DNA of 64,000 nucleotides, taken from NCBI GenBank assembly GCA_045636445.1, contig JAZTXO010000124.1, positions 15,941 through 79,940 of the forward strand, read 5' to 3'. Made by a program: the position numbers and the translations under genes. Under the pieces are notes generated by a model. The model did not search any database. It saw nothing but the letters and a program-made list of their open reading frames with translations, and was not told the origin of the DNA. Origin of the DNA: Eubacteriales bacterium (GTDB lineage: Bacteria; Bacillota; Clostridia; Oscillospirales; CAG-272). Positions 56,494-64,000 of the stretch are shown here, one piece after another. The first letter of the stretch is position 1; every line of letters begins with the position of its first letter.

Positions 56494-56610
56494 TTAGGTC
56501 CAACCGTCTTGATCGACGTTTTCTTCCCACCCGGAAGAGGCTGTTATGATGTCGGCTTTGGTAAGCAGTATTACCTCAAGCTTCGCAAGTTCGTATTTTT
56601 TCTTTTCCAT
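56494..56610 (-). CDS. Untracked 38-aa ORF: MEKKKYELAKLEVILLTKADIITASSGWEENVDQDGWT
   Basis: An AAGGAG site lies 9 nt upstream of the ATG at 56610. The ORF sits 18 nt downstream of the giant gene's stop and in the same orientation. It is below the 60-aa track cutoff. Confidence 0.5.
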   Translation of the reverse strand: MEKKKYELAKLEVILLTKADIITASSGWEENVDQDGWT

Positions 56611-56628
56611 GTAATATTTCTCCTTATC

Positions 56629-59600
56629 TTACGTCCAATCGGTATCGCCAACGTTTCCTTGACCGTCGAAGGGTAAATCGCCGTTCTCGGAATCATCGGG
56701 TTCTTGGGGAGTGTCGGGAATAGGAGCTTCAAACTCCTCTGTGGAACAGGTTATTTTGGTGTTGTCGAAATAAATTTCACCGACGTGAGTGGTTTCTGTC
56801 CAAAATCTTATTCTTTCAAAGGCATAAGCGTTTCCGCCCGTCTTGTAAAGACTCGTGTCTATTCTTTCACCGTTAAGATAGAAGGTGATAGCCATTCCGC
56901 CTTCATAATCCGATCCCTTAACTCCGAATTTGAACCATTCACCGTCATTTGCAAGCTCCGCAAGCTGATTTGAGTCGGCATCGAGAAGATAAACCTTTTC
57001 TCCGTCAGCCTTTATATTGAAGCTGAACAGCTGGATATTGCCCGCCGTTCTTATTTGGAATTCGGGGCAAAGATAGCCGTTTGTGGTAAACATCATATCA
57101 CTTTCAAAAAAGGTATAATTTGCCGTGGGTGAAGAAGAGAACTTGAAGGTTACCTCCGGCTTGAAGTTTTCTACCGTCTCAAAGCCGTAAACCTTTGAGC
57201 TTTCTCCGTAAGGAGATCCATCGACTATTCCGTACCAAGAGGTGTTTTCGACAGAATCGCCGCCGTTCCAGTTGTCAAAATAGAATGTATCCAGTTGGTC
57301 GTCTGTTTCGTAGGTCTCAACCGTTGGATCGGCAGGCTCTGCCGGTTCTTCGGGGTTATCGGGAATTTCAGGCTCTTCGGGGCTCGGTTCTTCGGGATCA
57401 GGCTCACCAAACTCATATTTCGGAAGAGTTTCGGGGTCTGCATACACGGAAAGAATTCTTGTATTATCAAGACAAATCTCGCCGGTGTGGGTTGATTCGC
57501 TCCAGAATCTCACTCTGCCAACCGTAGCTACCGAAGCATCGAGAAGATAATTCAGCGCGGTTTTGATCTGTTCACCGTTAAGGTAGAAGGTGATAAGAAG
57601 ACCGCCGCCCTCGTTGGCAGAAGCGGCAACGCCGAATCTAAACCACTCGCCGTCGTTTGCAAGAGTTGCAAGAACTTTGGAGTCGGAATCAAGCAGACAA
57701 ACCTTATTGCCGTCAGCCTTAATATAGAACTTATAGATAAGACTGTTATCGGAGGTTCTGATCTGGAACTCGGGGTTAAGGAGGCCGGTCGTGGTAAACA
57801 TCATATCACTTTCAAAGCTTGCGATGTTTGCCGACTCGCCCGCGTTAAACTTAAATGTAATCTCGGGTTTACATCCGCTAAGGGAACGATAGTAATAAAC
57901 CTTTGAATCTACGCCATATTTACTACCGTTAACGATCTCAGGCTCGCAGGCGGAGGAGCCGCCGTTCCAGTTGTCGAAGGTGAAGGTGTCGATAGGGTCA
58001 TAGGACTCGTAGGTTTCAACCGTTGGGTCAGTAGGCTCTGCCGGTTCTTGGGGAGTGTCGGGAATTTCAGGCTCTTCGGGACTCGGCTCGTCGGGAGTGG
58101 GAGGAGCAACCGGAAGATTCTCGGGAAGCTGATAGGTCAGCTGCGCCATTATCATATTGTCAAAGTAAACCGTTCCTTCCGTAACTCTTTGCTTATCTGC
58201 GGCAAACTGAACTCTCTGAATCTCGGAGACTTCGGGAACGTAGCCGGAATCGTAGGGAACCGTTGACTCTGCAACAAGAGTGTTATTTGCTATTACGGCA
58301 ACGTAGGCTACGCTGTCGGAGACCTTTGCGTAACCGTATTGAAGATTAAACCAGGTTTTGTTATCGGCAAGTTTTGCTTTTGTCATTCCGGGGCCGCTGA
58401 CGTATACTCCGTCGGCTTCGGTGGAAATTGTCAATTCATACGCCTTCGGGCCGCCGAATATAAGAAGCTTAAATGCCGAGCCGGGAAGAGTGTCAAACAT
58501 CACGTCTGTCTGAATTCCGACTGCGTTATAGCTTTCTGCGGTCTTTGTTACGAATAACTGGAAGAGGTCGTCGTCCTTTTGCGCGGTGGTGAGAGCAAGA
58601 ACCTTGGATTCTGCTCCGTAAGGAGTAGCGTCAACTATTTCAAGCTTTCCGCCGGGAAGCCATCTGTCAAGCCATCTCTGGTTGTAATAAGCGCCGATAG
58701 GCTTCGACTCGAAGGTTGCAATACCGGTTTCCGCTTCGGACGGGCCTTCATCATCTTCAACGCCTGCGGGAAGCTCCTTTAAGAACTGCTCAAGGAAGAA
58801 GTTGTCAAAGTAAATGTCACCGCTTGAATTTTTGTCGGCAGAGAACTGAATTCTCTTAACCGAGGTTGCCGAAGTACTCTCTGCTCCGTAAGGAACGGCG
58901 CTTGATGTTATAAACTTATCGTTTACGAATATGTCAAGTATGATTTTACTGTAAGTAAGTCTTGCGTACTCTACTCTTAATGTAAACCATTTTTCACAAT
59001 CTGCAATCTTTATCTGCTCGTCTGTATCTACAACGGAAACGTAAACACCGTCTCCGGGTTTAGATATAAGCTGCATATTAGCCGCTTTTACGGAGGATTG
59101 GTTGCCAAAGAAGAGAAGAGTATATGTAGTTGTGGTATCGGGAACGAACATAATATCGCTTTGGAATGCGATAGAGTTATATGAGCCTTGAGACTTGGTA
59201 ATACGGATTTGAAGAAGGTCGTCACTTCCTGCAAGGGTTGTAAGACGCATTACTCTCGACGCTTCACCGTTAGAATAGCCATCCTCTACTACGACCTCGC
59301 CTTGAGGAGTCCATTTGTCGAGAATTCCGTCGTTCATAAGCTCTTCGACGCTTTCAACGTCCTCAAGATCGAGAGGCACAGGCTTTATTTCCTTATCCTT
59401 GATTATCTCGTCAAGAGATTCGAGAATAAGTCTGTACTTCATAGCGTCGGATGTGGTATAAAGGTCAACTGCTCTAAGCCCTATAAATCCGAACACGTGT
59501 CCCATAACACCCGAAGAGCAAATATAAGAGGAGTTTACGTCGCCTTCGTTCTGGTTTTCAAGAGCTACGGGAAGTCCTTGGGAAGTTTCGGAGGTTTTTG

Positions 59601-61377
59601 TCTGGAAGTAGGAGAAAGAACCCTTCGAGCCGCCGTCATCTTTACGGAAGAGAGCAAACTTTTTCGCAGTAGCTTCAATCATTGCGGGATATTTTTCTGC
59701 ATACTCGGCAGTTAACTCTTTAATAAGAGCCTTTCCTTCAGCTCCGCCATAGGTTGAAATATTTGTTGTGAGAATTGTTATAGCATACCAGGTATTAAGA
59801 ACGCAGCACACGTGGTGAGGGTCTGCCTCGCTGGTGATAGCGTCAATAGAATGCATCAGCAATTTTTCCGCGTTGGGAACGACTTTTTCGACCTTGCTGT
59901 ATGCGCTGGAAATTTTAAGAATACCGTTTACGCAGTCGTATTCATTATTTTCGTAAGGCTCCCAAAGTCCTGTTTCGGGATCTTGGAAAGAGGTGAACCA
60001 ATCCGCCATAATGTCGGCAAGTCTGTAAGTTACGCCACGCTCGGCAAGAACCTTATCTCTGGCGACAATCTGGGGAGCTATGGACTCAAGCTCGTTACCT
60101 ACCCAATAGCTGTCGGTTGCCATTTTTGCTCTGTACTTTTCAAGGTAGGCTTTAAAGTTTACGTCATTCAAAAGGTGGCTTTCAACGCCTGCGTCGGCAT
60201 CATTTGCCAATATCACCTTCGAAACCATCACAGCCATAGAGCCGCCAAGCTTTTCGGTAAGATTTGCAGATGCGGGAAGCACCGTTCCGATAGGATTTTC
60301 ACCCTTAATTCCGGTAGGAGTATCGTAAACGGGAATAGCGTCGAAATGCTCGAGAATTCTTACCGCATTGTTTATATCGCGTCCTTTTCTTGAGGGATAT
60401 TTATCGGTAAGCTCCTTGCCCCACTGGGGATGATAGAAGTGGCCGTTTTCGCCGCTTTGAAGCGATCTTGCGAAATTAACCATCTGCTTTTGCATCTCTT
60501 TTGGAATAATGTCGGCAGGGTTTCCCATTCCGGAAGAAACGATAAATCCGAGAGCCTGGTTGGTACTTTCAAGATCGGGCAGATAACCCTCGGTATTTCT
60601 TGCGGAGTTAGAGTAATAATATCCGCCTACGACCGGGTCGTAAAGGTTGGCAAACCAGCTTACAAGATCATCGGTATAAAGTGCGTAAAATTTCTTAAAC
60701 GCATCTACCGTGGATTTTGCCATCTCCTTGCCGTAATTTCCGACAAGGTCGGCTTCAATCTTTGCCCAAGACTCTTCTATTCTCTTATTGTCAATGGCTT
60801 CTTGGTACTCTATAATATTAAATCTTTCGCAAACAAGAACGCCTTTGTTTGCTTTGAAAGTTTCTTTGGAAGCATACTGCTCCATAAACAGATCTATTGC
60901 AACCTGCTCGGGATGATTTTGTCCCAGCATCCCCTCGTCGTAGGCTATTGCGATAGATTTTCCGTCGGAATAAATACAATATCCAACGTATTCCTCGCCC
61001 TCGGCTTCGATTCTCTCCAAAGCACGGTATGCCTGCCTTGAAATTTCTCTGCCCGTTCTTCCCACAACTATCTCGTGGGTGCTTTCGGGGGCTGCATCGG
61101 TATAAACAAGCACGTCTTTAGCATTTGCACCTATTTTGTAAAACAGGTCGCTAAGGTTTTCTTCCGATACGCCGCCGTGGACGTAAATTATAGAAACTTC
61201 AACATCGGGACTCCAGATAACGTCTTGGTCAACCGGCTTTTCGTCATTTTGAATATTATCCTGATTGTCGGATTGATTAGAATCGTCTGCGTTTTGATTT
61301 TCGTCCTTGTTATTACAAGACGCAAGAAGAGAAATGCAAACAATTATTGACAAAAATGCAATTAAAAGCCTTTTCAT
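56629..61377 (-). CDS. 1582-aa multidomain surface lipoprotein, function unknown
   Basis: The lipobox is LLASC. Order of parts: N/D/Q-rich linker, N-terminal domain, a ~420-aa domain paralogous to the regulator's C-terminus, four ~190-aa lectin-like modules, two Pro/Glu-rich linkers, and an acidic tail ending DTDWT. Confidence 0.8.
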   Translation of the reverse strand: MKRLLIAFLSIIVCISLLASCNNKDENQNADDSNQSDNQDNIQNDEKPVDQDVIWSPDVEVSIIYVHGGVSEENLSDLFYKIGANAKDVLVYTDAAPESTHEIVVGRTGREISRQAYRALERIEAEGEEYVGYCIYSDGKSIAIAYDEGMLGQNHPEQVAIDLFMEQYASKETFKANKGVLVCERFNIIEYQEAIDNKRIEESWAKIEADLVGNYGKEMAKSTVDAFKKFYALYTDDLVSWFANLYDPVVGGYYYSNSARNTEGYLPDLESTNQALGFIVSSGMGNPADIIPKEMQKQMVNFARSLQSGENGHFYHPQWGKELTDKYPSRKGRDINNAVRILEHFDAIPVYDTPTGIKGENPIGTVLPASANLTEKLGGSMAVMVSKVILANDADAGVESHLLNDVNFKAYLEKYRAKMATDSYWVGNELESIAPQIVARDKVLAERGVTYRLADIMADWFTSFQDPETGLWEPYENNEYDCVNGILKISSAYSKVEKVVPNAEKLLMHSIDAITSEADPHHVCCVLNTWYAITILTTNISTYGGAEGKALIKELTAEYAEKYPAMIEATAKKFALFRKDDGGSKGSFSYFQTKTSETSQGLPVALENQNEGDVNSSYICSSGVMGHVFGFIGLRAVDLYTTSDAMKYRLILESLDEIIKDKEIKPVPLDLEDVESVEELMNDGILDKWTPQGEVVVEDGYSNGEASRVMRLTTLAGSDDLLQIRITKSQGSYNSIAFQSDIMFVPDTTTTYTLLFFGNQSSVKAANMQLISKPGDGVYVSVVDTDEQIKIADCEKWFTLRVEYARLTYSKIILDIFVNDKFITSSAVPYGAESTSATSVKRIQFSADKNSSGDIYFDNFFLEQFLKELPAGVEDDEGPSEAETGIATFESKPIGAYYNQRWLDRWLPGGKLEIVDATPYGAESKVLALTTAQKDDDLFQLFVTKTAESYNAVGIQTDVMFDTLPGSAFKLLIFGGPKAYELTISTEADGVYVSGPGMTKAKLADNKTWFNLQYGYAKVSDSVAYVAVIANNTLVAESTVPYDSGYVPEVSEIQRVQFAADKQRVTEGTVYFDNMIMAQLTYQLPENLPVAPPTPDEPSPEEPEIPDTPQEPAEPTDPTVETYESYDPIDTFTFDNWNGGSSACEPEIVNGSKYGVDSKVYYYRSLSGCKPEITFKFNAGESANIASFESDMMFTTTGLLNPEFQIRTSDNSLIYKFYIKADGNKVCLLDSDSKVLATLANDGEWFRFGVAASANEGGGLLITFYLNGEQIKTALNYLLDASVATVGRVRFWSESTHTGEICLDNTRILSVYADPETLPKYEFGEPDPEEPSPEEPEIPDNPEEPAEPADPTVETYETDDQLDTFYFDNWNGGDSVENTSWYGIVDGSPYGESSKVYGFETVENFKPEVTFKFSSSPTANYTFFESDMMFTTNGYLCPEFQIRTAGNIQLFSFNIKADGEKVYLLDADSNQLAELANDGEWFKFGVKGSDYEGGMAITFYLNGERIDTSLYKTGGNAYAFERIRFWTETTHVGEIYFDNTKITCSTEEFEAPIPDTPQEPDDSENGDLPFDGQGNVGDTDWT

Positions 61378-63431
61378 TCTATACTTTTCTCCTTTTCATC
61401 AAGTATTGCTATATATCTGAGTCTGTCTGCTTCGGTAAAGAAAGGAATCATCTCCTGCTTCAGCATTACGAAGATGTGACCGACGATACCCGCAGTACAG
61501 ATATTGGTCGAGTTAAAGTCACCCTCGTTTGTGCCGCTGACAGCAACCGGCATTTCGTGAGAGGCGTGGCTGGTTCTCTCCTTAAGATATGAGAACGAGC
61601 CGTCAGGCTTTCTGAATTTTTTAATCTTTTTTGCCGTAACTCTTATCATTTCGGGATAATTTTTTATCATCTCGGCACGAAGCTGGGCAATCTGTCTTTC
61701 GGCTGCGTAATCGTTATTTTTCCTGCTGGTCTCGGCAACGTTAGTCATTATAACCGTAAGCGAATACCAGGGGTTAAGCACCCAACAAACAGTGTTTGGC
61801 TCTTCGTCGGAAACGATAACGTTTGTTGCCGAACGGAATGCCGCAACCGCATTGGGGAAGGCTCTTCCGACTCGCTGGATTGCACTTGCAACCTTAAGAA
61901 CACCGTTTATCGCCCTAAGACCAAGATGCTCTCGGTTTGCAAAGATGCCCGTTTCGGGATCTTGATATTTAGAGAACCAATCCACGAGAATATCAGCGAA
62001 GCGGTAGTCTGCTCCCGCAGCTTCAAGCTCCTTGTCTCTTGCGGCAATCTCCGATGCCTGGCTCTCAATAGCCGAGCCTGCTTCGTAGGAAGTATTAGGA
62101 TTGTTAAGGTCTATTGCAAGGGTTGAAAGATATTCAATGAAGCTCTCTTTATCCTTAAGTATGGGACTAAACACCCTTCCTGAGCTTTGAGAATCTGAAA
62201 ATTCAGGCTGTGACTGCATCGGTGAGGGTGTTCCGTCGGCAAGAAGTCCGTCTCCCTTTATGCCTGATGGCGTATCGTAGGTTGGCTTAATGCCGCACCA
62301 ATCAAGAAGTCCTATCGCCATTGTAAGGTCTCTGCCTCGACGGGGTTGAAGCTTGTCGGTCATCTCCTTGCCCCATTGGGGATGATAGAAATAACCGTTG
62401 GGGGCTTGGAGTCCCTTGATAAATTTGCCTACCTTGGTTTTCATGTAAGGCGGCAGAGCAGCAAAAATGTCATTATCAAACTTGCCCGCCATTCCAAGAC
62501 CGCGGAATGAGCCGAGTGCAAAGCGTGTGGACTCAATATCGGGAAGGAATCCCTCGTTATCTCTTGCGGAATTAGAGTAATAATATCCGCCGGTTTTCGG
62601 GTCGTAAAGGTTTGCGTGCCAATCGACCACGTCTTTTGAATAAATTGAATAAAGCTCTTTGAGGGCAGAAATGATTTCTTTTGCCTGATCTACACCCATC
62701 TCTGCGGAAAGATTTTTTTCAAGCTCACGCCATTTCTGGCGAAGAAATTCAGCGTCCTTCTCCTTTTGAATTAAAATTTTAGTATCCATCAGTGCGTTAA
62801 AGTTCACCATTTCAGAAACCATTCTCCAAACGCTTGTTCTGTCGTCACTCTCATCTTCCACAGGCTCGAAAACTCCTCGGAAGATATAAAGTCTTTTTCC
62901 GTAATTACTGTTTACTATTTCAAAAACGTACCTACGCTGATGTCTTGCGTTTTTTGCAAACTTCGGGCAATCGTCAAGTACGCATCGCTCAACGAGTCTG
63001 CCGTCATCGGTAAGCACGTTCGCAAAGCCGGAAGCCCCCGGCGCTCCGTCAAGTCTTATCATCCAGATAACGTTGAGGCAGTCGATGTTGTAGGTACATT
63101 TCATATATCCGTTGAAATCTTTTGATAAAAGCTTGTTGAGAAGCTCTGCGTGAGTTGCCGCCTCGATAGTCTTACCGATTCGAATGATCTTATCAACAAA
63201 GGATTTCGTATTTTTTACGTTTCTTGATTGCCACGCACTTTCAATAAGCAGACAGTCGGTGGTAATCCCGAATATTTCGGCAAGTTTTACAATGCTGGAA
63301 AGCTCCGGATCGCCTCTTCCCTGCTCCCACTTGCTCACAGCCTTGTCGGTTACGAAAAGCCTTTCAGCAAGTTGTGCCTGAGTCCATCCTTTTTCCTTTC
63401 TCAGCTCACATATTCTTTTACCAACGTTCAT
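61374..63431 (-). CDS. XRE-family HTH regulator fused to a large sensor-like domain paralogous to the lipoprotein core
   Basis: The ATG at 63431 follows GGAGG. The HTH is GKRICELRKEKGWTQAQLAERLFVTDKAVSKWEQG. There is no signal peptide. The C-terminal ~420 aa align with lipoprotein residues ~233-650. The stop overlaps the lipoprotein start (ATGA). Confidence 0.8.
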   Translation of the reverse strand: MNVGKRICELRKEKGWTQAQLAERLFVTDKAVSKWEQGRGDPELSSIVKLAEIFGITTDCLLIESAWQSRNVKNTKSFVDKIIRIGKTIEAATHAELLNKLLSKDFNGYMKCTYNIDCLNVIWMIRLDGAPGASGFANVLTDDGRLVERCVLDDCPKFAKNARHQRRYVFEIVNSNYGKRLYIFRGVFEPVEDESDDRTSVWRMVSEMVNFNALMDTKILIQKEKDAEFLRQKWRELEKNLSAEMGVDQAKEIISALKELYSIYSKDVVDWHANLYDPKTGGYYYSNSARDNEGFLPDIESTRFALGSFRGLGMAGKFDNDIFAALPPYMKTKVGKFIKGLQAPNGYFYHPQWGKEMTDKLQPRRGRDLTMAIGLLDWCGIKPTYDTPSGIKGDGLLADGTPSPMQSQPEFSDSQSSGRVFSPILKDKESFIEYLSTLAIDLNNPNTSYEAGSAIESQASEIAARDKELEAAGADYRFADILVDWFSKYQDPETGIFANREHLGLRAINGVLKVASAIQRVGRAFPNAVAAFRSATNVIVSDEEPNTVCWVLNPWYSLTVIMTNVAETSRKNNDYAAERQIAQLRAEMIKNYPEMIRVTAKKIKKFRKPDGSFSYLKERTSHASHEMPVAVSGTNEGDFNSTNICTAGIVGHIFVMLKQEMIPFFTEADRLRYIAILDEKEKSIE

Positions 63432-63490
63432 ACGATACACCTCCGAATCGCCTCATCTATTTAAAAATATATCACCCGTACACCCAACGG

Positions 63491-63515
63491 TCAATCTACT
63501 TTTCGTATAGATTGA
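63491..63515. promoter_or_regulatory. Palindromic operator candidate upstream of the XRE-fusion gene
   Basis: In tcaatctacttttcgtatagattga, the arms TCAATCTA / TAGATTGA are separated by 9 nt. The core ctacttttcgtata is repeated in inverted form at 63571-63584. Confidence 0.4.
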
Positions 63516-64000
63516 TTGATACTTACTTATATATATTTTAGCATTATCTACGATTAGTATACAACAAAAATATACGAAAAGTAGAGTTTTTTAAAAATTT
63601 TCTTTAAAACCCTGTAAATATTTCGTCAAGCTGCCTTTTTTGATAATATTAAAGCTTTGTCCGACAAAAAAGCAGACTCCGGCCTTAAAAATTCTCAAAA
63701 AGAGGTTAGAATTTTACTTTCTATACAATTTTAAAAACAAAAAATCAAATCAAACAAATTTTTTCTCTCCTTTTCGTTTAAATTATCCAAAAACAAAAAA
63801 AGAAACGACTCTATACAGAGCCGTTTCAAAATTACTATTATTAAATATTAATAGGTAGAAAATAGGTAGAAAATACGAAGATTAGCCAACTCACACTCCG
63901 CTTTTGATGCGGTGGATTTTAATAAATAAAGACCGCACACAGCCCGAAAGTTACATAAACCTTTAAAATCGGGAGCGAACGGTCTTTAAAACAGAGATTT

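Noticed and set aside
63935-64000. Nested hairpin (aagaccg...cccga...tcggg...cggtctt) at the right edge that could be a riboswitch or terminator
   Set aside because: It matches no riboswitch consensus I can recall, and the window ends before any downstream gene is visible. It cannot be interpreted.

Overview
This 64 kb window looks like chromosomal DNA from a spore-forming Clostridia-type Firmicute. Genes are densely packed and mostly on the minus strand, with many ATGA/TAATG start-stop overlaps and textbook sigma-A promoters (TTGACA-17-TATAAT). Recognisable content: a complete spoIIIAA-AH operon, abrB, a CotF-like coat protein and a GerA/SpoVAF-like protein. There is also a B12-linked methionine block (metF, separate MetH activation protein, metH) and a cobalamin-riboswitch-controlled putative B12 uptake pair at the left edge. 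Housekeeping genes include asd, mnmG, tcdA, dusB, comM/yifB, ymdB, addA and kdgK. Sugar-utilisation genes include GH2, GH20-like, GPH and MFS transporters, and DeoR and LysR regulators. I saw no rRNA, tRNA, CRISPR array, prophage, transposase or recognisable defence genes. The most unusual locus is a four-gene operon at 54.4-63.4 kb. It encodes an XRE regulator fused to a ~420-aa domain that recurs in the adjacent 1582-aa lipoprotein, then an untracked 38-aa ORF, then a secreted protein sharing six repeated lectin-like modules with the lipoprotein. A second clear result is a 275-bp MITE-like element (19-bp perfect terminal inverted repeats, TA duplication) that precisely splits a DUF4186 gene coupled to metH. 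A 67-nt piece of that element also sits inside the B12 riboswitch leader. Several palindromic and tandem repeat families occupy intergenic regions. All family names come from motif recognition by eye; no searches were run.
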